A model generated the notes under the pieces. That model saw only the letters and a program-made list of their open reading frames with translations. It did not search any database and had not been told where the DNA came from. A DNA stretch of 52,018 nt from an uncultured Chromatiaceae bacterium (GTDB taxonomy: Bacteria; Pseudomonadota; Gammaproteobacteria; JAADHS01): positions 1-52,018 of the forward strand of contig CALZJI010000152.1 of the NCBI GenBank assembly GCA_945787615.1, in the 5' to 3' direction. Position numbers and translations under genes: made by a program. This document shows positions 42,000-50,419 of this stretch, piece after piece. Numbering within the stretch: the stretch's first letter is position 1; each line of letters starts with the position of its first letter.

Positions 42000-43352
42000 A
42001 TGGGACGGCGCTTTACACAACTAAAAAGCTATGCCGTGCTAGTGCTACTTTGGGGCGTCATTGCGCTACTCGCCTGGCTAAGCCATGTGTATCATTTCCG
42101 GCTCGACTGGACGGCTGCTGGGCGCAACACGCTGTCGCAGGCTTCGATGGAACTGCTGGACACTATTGATTCGCGTATCGATATTACGGCTTTCGCGCGC
42201 CAAAATCCGCCTCTGCGTAAACGCATCAGTGATTTAGTAGGCCGGTATCAGCATTACAATAACAACATTCAGTTAACCTTCGTTGATCTCGACCAAGAGC
42301 TGGAACGAGCACGCAAGGAAGGGATTAGTGCGGGCGGCGAATTGCTGGTCGAATTTTCTAACCAAAAGCAAATCGTACGCGACCTAAGTGAACAAAATCT
42401 AACCAATGCGCTGAGTAACGTTGTGCGCGGTGGTGAGCGTTGGTTGGTATTTCTCGACGGCCACGGTGAGCGTGATCCATTGGGTGCGGCAAACTACGAT
42501 TTGGGCACCTGGGGGCAAACAATGCGTGACAAGGGACTACGAGTTCATACGCTTAGTCTGGCGAATGCACCCGCCATTCCGGAAAATATTGCCGTGTTGG
42601 TTATTGCTGGACCGCGAGTCGGCCTTCTACCAGGCGAGGTCACTTTAATTCGGGATTATCTCGAGCGAGGCGGAAACTTACTGTGGTTGCTAGAGCCCGG
42701 ATTGTTGCATGGTATGGAGCCCGTGGCTAAATGGTTGGGAATTGGTTTTCACCCCGGCGTGATTGTGGATCCGACGACGCAATTAATGTCGATCGACAAT
42801 GCAGCGATTACCTTGGCCGCAGGTTACGGTTCCCACCCAATTACGGACGGGTTTGAGGCGTTAACGGTCTACCCTTATGCTGCAGGACTTTTTAGTATGC
42901 CCAAAGAGCATTGGCAAAGCGTTGCGATCGTGGTGACTAACGCGGGCAGTTGGGCAGAGAATAGTGCTATTGTAGACGAAGTTCGTTTTGACCCGGAGCA
43001 AGATGTAGGCGGCCCTTTACATGTAGCCATTGCTTCCGAGCGCGTTATTGCCGAACAGGCGGGTGAATCGGCGTTCGAACAGCGCCAACGGGTCGTTATC
43101 GTCGGTGACGGTGATTTCTTATCGAACACGTATATTGGTAACGCTGGAAATTTAGAATTGGGTATGCGTATTATTAACTGGCTAAGTTGGAACGACCGGT
43201 TAATTCGTATTCCACCAAAGACGGCGCAAGATCTTACCTTAGAATTGTCGCGAACGCAGACAGCGGTGATTGGGTTTGGCTTTCTCTTTATTTTGCCCAT
43301 ATGTCTGTTATTAGTGGGCTCAGGCATCTGGTGGCTGCGTCGGCGACGCTAA
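42000..43352 (+). CDS. GldG-like ABC auxiliary protein
   Basis: RLDWT...TLS, FLDGHGE, YLERGGNLL, VIVGDGDFLSN; TM segments at both ends. Confidence 0.85.
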   Translation: MGRRFTQLKSYAVLVLLWGVIALLAWLSHVYHFRLDWTAAGRNTLSQASMELLDTIDSRIDITAFARQNPPLRKRISDLVGRYQHYNNNIQLTFVDLDQELERARKEGISAGGELLVEFSNQKQIVRDLSEQNLTNALSNVVRGGERWLVFLDGHGERDPLGAANYDLGTWGQTMRDKGLRVHTLSLANAPAIPENIAVLVIAGPRVGLLPGEVTLIRDYLERGGNLLWLLEPGLLHGMEPVAKWLGIGFHPGVIVDPTTQLMSIDNAAITLAAGYGSHPITDGFEALTVYPYAAGLFSMPKEHWQSVAIVVTNAGSWAENSAIVDEVRFDPEQDVGGPLHVAIASERVIAEQAGESAFEQRQRVVIVGDGDFLSNTYIGNAGNLELGMRIINWLSWNDRLIRIPPKTAQDLTLELSRTQTAVIGFGFLFILPICLLLVGSGIWWLRRRR

Positions 43353-43405
43353 ACCGTTGTGCTTGTATAGTTTCGCACTTCTTATTTCTATAACCTGATA
43401 CTTCC

Positions 43406-44221
43406 ATGCCAGAATTGCCAGAAGTAGAGACCACACGACGCGGTATTGCTGAGCATATCGTTGGCCGACGCATTACCAAGGTCACAGTGAGAGAGCGTAG
43501 GTTGCGTTACCCCATTGCGGCAAATTTAGCCGCTACCTTGCAAGGGCGGACGGTGGCTGGTGTAGATCGCCGCGGCAAGTATCTGCTAATAGCATGCAGC
43601 GGTGGAACGTTAATTGTCCACTTGGGCATGTCGGGTAGCTTGCGTATAACAGCGGCCACAACGCCGGTCGAAAAGCATGACCATGTGGACCTGGTGTTAG
43701 ATGGAGATATGTGTTTACGTTTCCGTGATCCGCGACGATTTGGGGCCATCCTGTGGACCGCTCGAGATCCCTCGAAGCATAAACTCCTAAAAAATCTTGG
43801 CTGTGAACCGTTGAGTGACGAGTTTAATGGCGACTATTTGCGGGTTCGCTCGCGCGGCCGAACGATTACCGTTAAGCAGTACATTATGGACGGTCGCGTT
43901 GTCGTGGGTGTGGGTAACATCTATGCCAATGAAGCGTTGTTTTTAGCGAACATACATCCGCAGCGATCGGCAGCGCGAGTCGCCCGGGCGCGCTATCAAA
44001 TTCTCGCCGCAACGATTAAGCGAGTACTGGGTGACGCGATAAAATCAGGAGGAACGACGTTGCGCGATTTTGTAAACGGCGCGGGAAGTCCCGGGTATTT
44101 TCAGCAGTGCCTCAGGGTATATGGTCGGCGAGACGCGCCTTGCCTGGTGTGTGGGCACCACATTAAGTTAAACCGGCTGGGGCAGCGTGCCACCTATTAT
44201 TGCCCTCATTGCCAACGTTGA
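43406..44221 (+). CDS. mutM: Formamidopyrimidine-DNA glycosylase
   Basis: MPELPEVE, HLGMSG, GVGNIYANE, C-terminal Zn finger. Confidence 0.98.
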   Translation: MPELPEVETTRRGIAEHIVGRRITKVTVRERRLRYPIAANLAATLQGRTVAGVDRRGKYLLIACSGGTLIVHLGMSGSLRITAATTPVEKHDHVDLVLDGDMCLRFRDPRRFGAILWTARDPSKHKLLKNLGCEPLSDEFNGDYLRVRSRGRTITVKQYIMDGRVVVGVGNIYANEALFLANIHPQRSAARVARARYQILAATIKRVLGDAIKSGGTTLRDFVNGAGSPGYFQQCLRVYGRRDAPCLVCGHHIKLNRLGQRATYYCPHCQR

Positions 44222-44241
44222 TACGGACTTGCCATCCAACA

Positions 44242-45720
44242 CTACGACGTTTTGTCCGTGCTCTCTTCAGTTTCTTGCGCTGGCTGTTGGTCTATCGTAT
44301 GTTCGGTATTTCCGCGAAGATGAATAACAACCCCGCCGTCTTGAATTGAGAGCGTTTCGGCTACGCCTGCTAATTCGGCGATATTGCGAGCCAGCGCTTT
44401 ATTGTTCTCGTCGTTATGATCAAAAATAAGGTGAGTGATGCCTTTTACGTTTTCGAGTAGTGCCGCGCCGCTTTCCTGCGCTTGTGGAAGAGGGAACACG
44501 TCACGTCTACAAGAAAGCATGGTGCGAGCGGGCCATTGGCTGGCGGCTTTGAAATTGATCTCGGCCTCTTCAGGCACGTCTTGGCATAGCGTTTGAATAA
44601 GCGTATCTTCTGAACTCAGGAGGCCCATGGAGATGCTCCTCGCGTAACCTTTGTCTACCATCATAAACAGCGTCGAAACCGCGAAAACCGCGACAATGAC
44701 CAGCCCGCGTTGTCCCGCGAGACTTTGGTTGCGAAAAGACCGATTTACCGCAATTAGCTGTGGTAGTCCTCGATACATCAGCAGGGTTAGCGCAATAACC
44801 GCCCACGTCGCGTCGGCCGTCGTTAACCCAATGATAAGGCCGAATAACAGCACTGTTGCCATAAAATCCTTCATTAGCGCGTGCCTGTCACGGAGAAGTA
44901 CCACCAGCAACAAGGTAATAACGACAGCGCCGATAGCGATGTTCGCCGGTTCGGCAGCACCGCTCATACCGTTTCTGATAGCGTCGGAAAGCGTTGCTAA
45001 AGGGTTGTTAAACCAAGCCACATCGTCTTGCCAGCCCCAGCGAAACAGCACAATTAGGCCCGTGACGAGCGCTGATCCGATGAAAATGGATCGCTTTCGT
45101 TTTCCAGGAGCAATGGTGTCTTTTTCGTTGGCGACAGGGTTCTTCTGCCAAAGCCACGCGAGTGCGAGCGGATAAGCGAGACCCGCAGGGTGGATGCTGA
45201 CCGCCAGCGCGACAATCAATAATTGGATGAAATACCAACCACCGAGGTGGCGGCCCTTCGCTCGGTATCTATCGTTTGCCCAATGGCCCAATGCGAACGC
45301 CAATAACAGGTAGACGCCCGTTCCGATGGAGTCTATCTGGGTTATGGTGAGCGGGCAGATCAGTAACACAGCGGAAGCGATCAGTGCTGCTTCTTCGCCG
45401 TTTTCTTTTCGGCTCCATGAATACAAGAGGTAGATGGCGGCAAACGTCATCATCATCGTAAAAACTTTAGCGGCGACAATACTTCCGGGCCAATACATCG
45501 TGACAGGTAGAAACAGCAGCGTTCGGAAATCGGGCGTTCCGAATGTCCCGGCCGGGCTCGTGACGCGATCAACGATAGACCAAAGCAATATAAGGTCTTT
45601 CGCCGCACCCTCGGTTATTCCGACGACGTCAAAACGAACTAAACCAAAACTGAGTAGCGCCGCGCCCCAGACGAGGAGAATAGCCAAAGCGTAATGGCGA
45701 GTTGAAAGACGAAAATTCAT
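44242..45720 (-). CDS. Polytopic membrane protein, possibly GT-C (ArnT/PMT-like) glycosyltransferase
   Basis: Many TM segments, pattern AAIYLLY...AALIASAVLLICP, soluble C-terminal domain. Family assignment is inference. Confidence 0.55.
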   Translation of the reverse strand: MNFRLSTRHYALAILLVWGAALLSFGLVRFDVVGITEGAAKDLILLWSIVDRVTSPAGTFGTPDFRTLLFLPVTMYWPGSIVAAKVFTMMMTFAAIYLLYSWSRKENGEEAALIASAVLLICPLTITQIDSIGTGVYLLLAFALGHWANDRYRAKGRHLGGWYFIQLLIVALAVSIHPAGLAYPLALAWLWQKNPVANEKDTIAPGKRKRSIFIGSALVTGLIVLFRWGWQDDVAWFNNPLATLSDAIRNGMSGAAEPANIAIGAVVITLLLVVLLRDRHALMKDFMATVLLFGLIIGLTTADATWAVIALTLLMYRGLPQLIAVNRSFRNQSLAGQRGLVIVAVFAVSTLFMMVDKGYARSISMGLLSSEDTLIQTLCQDVPEEAEINFKAASQWPARTMLSCRRDVFPLPQAQESGAALLENVKGITHLIFDHNDENNKALARNIAELAGVAETLSIQDGGVVIHLRGNTEHTIDQQPAQETEESTDKTS

Positions 45721-46036
45721 ATTCGATCTCGATCTCAATAATGCGGCAGACTAATTTTTTGATGGGGTTGGCATGTTAACGGAGTCAGTTATCCCGCTAT
45801 TCCGTATGAAGCACCACTATAAGGCAACAGAAGCAATGCCTTATATGGCGAGGCGCCCGCTCTCCTAGTCATCGCGACGTGGAGTTCTTGGTGTTGCCGG
45901 TGGCGGTTAAAATCCGGTTGCGTATTTTCTCTACCCCCAACCTATCGTGTAAATCAATTCTTTATTTTCGTCTATGGTGGAGTATTAAGAGTAACAGGCA
46001 GGATCTATGCCGCACGGTGATATTGTTGGCCGAACG

Positions 46037-46067
46037 CCTAAGGCGCCCTATTGCAGGGCGCCTTGGG
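46037..46067. terminator. GC-rich hairpin, possible terminator for the minus-strand small ORF
   Basis: CCTAAGGCGCCCT-ATTGC-AGGGCGCCTTGGG, 47 bp beyond the stop at 46114; no clear U-tract. Confidence 0.45.
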
Positions 46068-46113
46068 TTAATCCCTAACCCCAATATCAGGTTAGCTTCT
46101 ACTAATAGTCTTG

Positions 46114-46194
46114 TTAATTGCCTAACGCTAAAGGCAATATAATAAAAAACAACGCTACTAAAGTTAATGTAATTGCAGGCATAGCACTATTCAC
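46114..46194 (-). CDS. Putative 26-aa single-TM small protein
   Basis: GAGGAGGGGAG SD, GTG start, (M)NSAMPAITLTLVALFFIILPLALGN*. Confidence 0.55.
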   Translation of the reverse strand: MNSAMPAITLTLVALFFIILPLALGN

Positions 46195-46555
46195 GACAAC
46201 TCCCCTCCTCGATTTTCCAAAACGCAACCTGACGCTGCGGACAATGAGTCTTTCCCCCGACTGCAGCGTTTCTTCCCAAAAGCCCAGCAACGATTTATTT
46301 ATCTAAAACTACTGCCAACGCTTAGGGTTAAAAGAATACTAAGCACCGATATTAATTGTCAACAACGTTTTACGATGTTGTTCGGCAGGCATCTGGCGGG
46401 ATGTCAGTTATTGACGCGTTTCTTGAAAGAGCTGCGATTACTAGCCCTGCAACGGATGTGTCGCCTACTCAAAGAAATCCATATCGCGTTGAACAGCGGT
46501 TAGGTCAATTTATCAACGCGTTATGCTAACAACTCAGCGAAATTGGTGTCCAAAA

Positions 46556-46618
46556 CTACAATGATACGTCTGGCATGTCTTGCATGCGTGGAGTGGATAG
46601 CTGCTGGTCTGGACTCAT
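46556..46618 (-). CDS. Putative 20-aa peptide ORF
   Basis: Perfect TAAGGAGGT SD 8 nt before ATG; MSPDQQLSTPRMQDMPDVSL*. Confidence 0.4.
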   Translation of the reverse strand: MSPDQQLSTPRMQDMPDVSL

Positions 46619-47069
46619 AATAATATACCTCCTTATGTTATAAATTCAGCGCGAGAAGTTGAAGTTAAAGCGTAGCTTGATTTTGAATTTAGCTCCCCCT
46701 CCAAGAGTCATAAGATTGTACCGCTTCCGCTTTCGAGGGGTTTTCTTTGCCAATATCGTTCGCGCATTTGCCGCCGCGGGATATCGTCTACGCAGAATAT
46801 TTGCAAACGCTTGGCTAAAGGGGATATTATTAATCGCTGTAGCCTTAAAATGAAATATTTGAGATGTCAGGATAGAGTGTTAAATCAGCGATAATAAACT
46901 CTTTGGGGATGGGAATTTTCGTGGACTTAGTGCTTGAATCTTTGGGCCGTGTCGTGTAAAACTAACCAAAATAGTAGCCTGTAGGGCAGCTATACGGCTA
47001 TAAATAACGAAAAGCAGTGCTTTCTCTGCGAATAATGACTTTGCTGTAACAAAAAAAGGAGCGATTACC

Positions 47070-47162
47070 ATGTTAGTAACAAATGAAGTGGCTATTGTAT
47101 ATATTCTTTGGTTTGTCTTAGCGCTTGGCCTAGCAGCGTTGATGTTGAAGGTGAATTCTTAA
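47070..47162 (+). CDS. Putative 30-aa single-TM small protein
   Basis: AAAGGAG SD 8 nt before ATG; MLVTNEVAIVYILWFVLALGLAALMLKVNS*. Confidence 0.62.
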   Translation: MLVTNEVAIVYILWFVLALGLAALMLKVNS

Positions 47163-47364
47163 GCTTAATTTCTTCGTTTAGCGATTTATTGTCCCAACAA
47201 GAAGGCCGGGTGGAGGGAATATGGCTGTCAAGTTGGGGTGTCGTCTACCGTAAGCGCGGTAGGCCGACAGGGGATTAGGAAGAAGATGTCAGAGCGATTG
47301 CTTCTTCTTAAGGTGTTATTTTTGAGGAGATAGGTTCCGTATCAATTCGGGAGGGGGTCTTGAA

Positions 47365-48093
47365 ATGCGAAGATATTTAATATCGGTAACGGCTGTAGCG
47401 TTTGTTGCAGGTGTATTTACCACCAGTGCTATGGCATCTGCGCAGTTTCCTAAGGGAGACGGCAATGTTCAGAATGGACAAGCAATTTATGAAAACGGAA
47501 AAGGGGATGTCCCTGCGTGTAATTCGTGTCACGGTGCTGATGGTAGCGGTGACGATGCGTTGGGCACGCCGCGGTTATCGGGTCAATGGTTTACCTTTCT
47601 TTTGAAACAGCTCGAAGATTTCGCAGCAGATAAGCGCATGGATACGACGATGTTTGTGATGAACGCCAACGCGAAAGGGCTTTCTCCGCAAGATCGTCGG
47701 GATGTGGCTACATATCTTGCAGCCAAAAAAATCGAATTTAAGGGCTCTAACCTTCAGGAATTAAAAGACCAAGGTATCGAGGTTGGTGCGACGAACTTCG
47801 GTAAGTCGCTGGTAGAGTTCGGTAGTGTGCAGTTGTCTGCATGTAAGTCTTGTCACGGTTATGCGGGGCGTGGCGCGCCACCTGTTTACCCGATCATCGG
47901 GAAGCAGCGCTACACCTATCTTGTTAGCCAGTTGAAGAAGTGGCGCGACGGTAGCCGCGCAAACGACCCGATGGGTCAAATGCAGGCGATAGCGCGTAAG
48001 CTCTCCGATGAAGACATCAACAACGCGGCGGCTTATCTGACATCCGCGAATCCGTATTCTGTCGGTAACGTAGCTACGCCGTACGACCACTAA
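47365..48093 (+). CDS. Periplasmic diheme cytochrome c4-like protein
   Basis: Signal peptide (AMA), CNSCH and CKSCH, each followed by a PxL/I-x-GQ/KQ...LxxQL pattern and a distal Met. Confidence 0.9.
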   Translation: MRRYLISVTAVAFVAGVFTTSAMASAQFPKGDGNVQNGQAIYENGKGDVPACNSCHGADGSGDDALGTPRLSGQWFTFLLKQLEDFAADKRMDTTMFVMNANAKGLSPQDRRDVATYLAAKKIEFKGSNLQELKDQGIEVGATNFGKSLVEFGSVQLSACKSCHGYAGRGAPPVYPIIGKQRYTYLVSQLKKWRDGSRANDPMGQMQAIARKLSDEDINNAAAYLTSANPYSVGNVATPYDH

Positions 48094-48134
48094 GGCGTGT
48101 CAATTAAAAAGCCTCTAGCGGTAAGTACCGCTGG

Positions 48135-48166
48135 AAAAAAAGCGGGCCTCACAGCCCGCTTTTTTT
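48135..48166 (+). terminator. Rho-independent terminator (bidirectional form)
   Basis: A7-GCGGGC-CTCACA-GCCCGC-T7 after the cytochrome c4 stop. Confidence 0.85.
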
Positions 48167-48270
48167 CTACACAGCTATTACAACAATAATTACACCTATA
48201 GTCTTCGGAAACTTTCCGCCGCTTGCCCGGTCTCTCTGAATATATTATTAAAACAGAGTGCAGAATAGTT

Positions 48271-48867
48271 ATGAAACAAAAACAGCCGTTAAAATCTGGA
48301 GAAAAAATCCTTCTATCCGTATTCGGGGTTTTTTTTGTCTTGGCGTGTATTGGGTACGTTATTCTCGAGTCGGTGAGGCTGACGTCCGATAAGCCGATGT
48401 TTCAACAAACAACCTTTTTTGATTTCTCGCCGGAAGGAAAAATGGGCGCTGGTATCTACCAGGCCTCTAACTGTAACGCTTGTCATCGTTCCATGCGCAG
48501 CGGAACCAGTATGGGTTTGTCGCTAGACGGTATCGGATCTAAGCGCTCTGTAGAATGGCTCGAAGCTTTTCTTGGAGACCCTGAAAACGTATACGGGGCG
48601 CCGACGATAGATCATGGTATGCGCCCCAAAGAGGCTGCGTTCATATCGGATATGTCGGCGGAAGATCGGCGTCTCTTAGCGGTTTACTTATCTGAGCTAC
48701 GCGCGGTTCCTGGATCGTCTGTCGCCAAAGTGCCGCCACCGGAGCACTCTGAATTCATTGACACCATGGTAAAGGCGTGGGCGCCGGCTGACTGGCAGCA
48801 CAAATACGAAGACATAAGAGTTCGAATAAAGCGGGAGCAGGCGGAAGAGAGTGAAATCAATGAATGA
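48271..48867 (+). CDS. Membrane-anchored monoheme cytochrome c (NorC/CcoO-like)
   Basis: One N-terminal TM, CNACH, GLSLDGIGSKRSVEWLEAFLGDP resembling the GPDL...WL...DP segment of NorC/CcoO. Confidence 0.75.
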   Translation: MKQKQPLKSGEKILLSVFGVFFVLACIGYVILESVRLTSDKPMFQQTTFFDFSPEGKMGAGIYQASNCNACHRSMRSGTSMGLSLDGIGSKRSVEWLEAFLGDPENVYGAPTIDHGMRPKEAAFISDMSAEDRRLLAVYLSELRAVPGSSVAKVPPPEHSEFIDTMVKAWAPADWQHKYEDIRVRIKREQAEESEINE

Positions 48868-49384
48868 GTCGTGGTTACATCCACAAGAAGTCGTCTATCG
48901 CCGCTACACGCTATGGTTCGTTTATGCATGTGTAATCTACAGTATTATCGGGTTTTCCTGGGGAGCAATTATGGGCGGCATGGCGGATTTTCGCCATTTC
49001 GTTGATCACCGATTGCATGGCAATCTTATCGTTCGGGCCCACACCCATATCAACCTCCTAGGCTGGGTCGAAATGGCAATTTTCGCCGGCGTATACTACA
49101 TCATCCCGCGGCTAGCGAAGCGCCCGATCTTTAGTTTGAGTTTAGTGAAAGCTCATTTTTGGATTCATAACCTGGGGCTAATCGGCATGGTCGTTTTTTT
49201 TACCGTGGCCGGAGCGCTGGGTGGCATGGCAAGCGTGGAGGCAACGCCTGCCGAGGTGGAGAGTATCGTTGCTCCCCTTTTGGCGACAATGGGTATATTC
49301 GGTACGCTCGTGTTGCTCGCAAACTGTATATGGGCTTTTAATATCTTTCGGACGTGTGCTGGGTGGGAAAAAGCGTATGAGTAG
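48860..49384 (+). CDS. Short 4-TM heme-copper oxidase subunit I homolog (single unit)
   Basis: AHTHINLLGW...YYIIPRL...SLSLVKAHFWIHNLG matches the helix X-XI region of cbb3 CcoN; only 174 aa; overlaps both neighbours. Confidence 0.8.
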   Translation: MNESWLHPQEVVYRRYTLWFVYACVIYSIIGFSWGAIMGGMADFRHFVDHRLHGNLIVRAHTHINLLGWVEMAIFAGVYYIIPRLAKRPIFSLSLVKAHFWIHNLGLIGMVVFFTVAGALGGMASVEATPAEVESIVAPLLATMGIFGTLVLLANCIWAFNIFRTCAGWEKAYE

Positions 49385-49889
49385 TAAATGGCGTAAAGGT
49401 TTTGGTTCTGGTCTAATCGTGCTTACAGTCGCTATTGCGACGGCTTGTTACGCTCCGGAGGGGGTCTTACAGGTGGGGGCTGAAGCGCCAAGCCTTAGAA
49501 CCAAAACGTTGCAGGACGTTGGCGGCGATTTCAGCAGGATTACCAGCTATCGCTATCCCGATGAGCGCATGTACCAGTACTCTCTCGACAAGGCCATTGA
49601 GCAAGGGAAACCTATTGTGCTCGAATTTGCCACGCCGGGACATTGTACCGTCTGCGATAAGCAACTCCAGATGCTAAAAGCGCTGCTTAAAAAGTACGAG
49701 AAGGACGTTATCTTTCTCCACATGGATCAGTATCAGAATCCAGAAGCGTTCATTGCGTTTAAGGTTCGCGGAGACCCATGGACGTTTGTGATTGACCAAG
49801 ACCAGAAGGTTCGCTTTCGTAGGGCTGGGCGTATGCTGTTCGGAGAGCTCGATGGTGTAATTAATGACGTTCTACAAGGTAAAGGTTAA
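49377..49889 (+). CDS. Thioredoxin-fold lipoprotein (CTVC)
   Basis: ATG 49377, signal ending in lipobox-like ATAC, LEFATPGHCTVC, cis-Pro loop GDPWTFVID. Confidence 0.75.
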   Translation: MSSKWRKGFGSGLIVLTVAIATACYAPEGVLQVGAEAPSLRTKTLQDVGGDFSRITSYRYPDERMYQYSLDKAIEQGKPIVLEFATPGHCTVCDKQLQMLKALLKKYEKDVIFLHMDQYQNPEAFIAFKVRGDPWTFVIDQDQKVRFRRAGRMLFGELDGVINDVLQGKG

Positions 49890-49912
49890 GTTACTAATCG
49901 TAGGTAAATTGG

Positions 49913-50371
49913 ATGGCTAAGAAGGAGAAACGCTGTACGTTAATACAAGATATAAAGGGCATGTGGTGGGACTTGGCGTTGTACGTGCCTACCGTAGTGT
50001 TTTTGTTATCGATTGGGTTTAAGCTCTGGTATACGGCGGACAAAAACTGGACCTATCTCCTCGTATTCCTCGCAACTTTTTTCTTTCTCGCTGGTACCAA
50101 TAGAATTTTAAAAACGCGGATGATGTTGTTGCCGTCTTCGCCCATAGGGATAGATGCCAATAAGCAACGCGTGTTGCTACAGTTGCGGAGCGGACAGCAG
50201 GTGGAGTTAGTGAAAGCGCTTCGTTATTATCCTGATTTTGTCGGTAAGAGCTTTGCCTTGTCGGGTCTAGACTTGTCGGGTGCTAAGCGACAGCATGTTT
50301 TTCACCGAGGCCAGTTTGCGAACGACAAGGAATACCAAGAGATGCGCGATTTCTTGCGCGTGTTTGCATAA
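49913..50371 (+). CDS. Hypothetical 2-TM membrane protein
   Basis: 152-aa ORF, two hydrophobic helices then a soluble tail; 23 bp after the previous stop. Confidence 0.75.
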   Translation: MAKKEKRCTLIQDIKGMWWDLALYVPTVVFLLSIGFKLWYTADKNWTYLLVFLATFFFLAGTNRILKTRMMLLPSSPIGIDANKQRVLLQLRSGQQVELVKALRYYPDFVGKSFALSGLDLSGAKRQHVFHRGQFANDKEYQEMRDFLRVFA

Positions 50372-50419
50372 CCTCGTCGCTGTCTTTCGATAATTCTGAG
50401 ATCTGTGCCAACACGTTTA

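Noticed and set aside
46340-46590. Candidate FNR boxes and a sigma-54 promoter (TGGCATGTCTTGC) upstream of the cytochrome cluster
   Set aside because: FNR-like sites are half-sites or have two or more mismatches; GG-GC spacing is 8 rather than the required 10.
48860-49384. ccoN pseudogene fragment
   Set aside because: No remains of the other eight helices nearby; the ORF is cleanly coupled to both neighbours.
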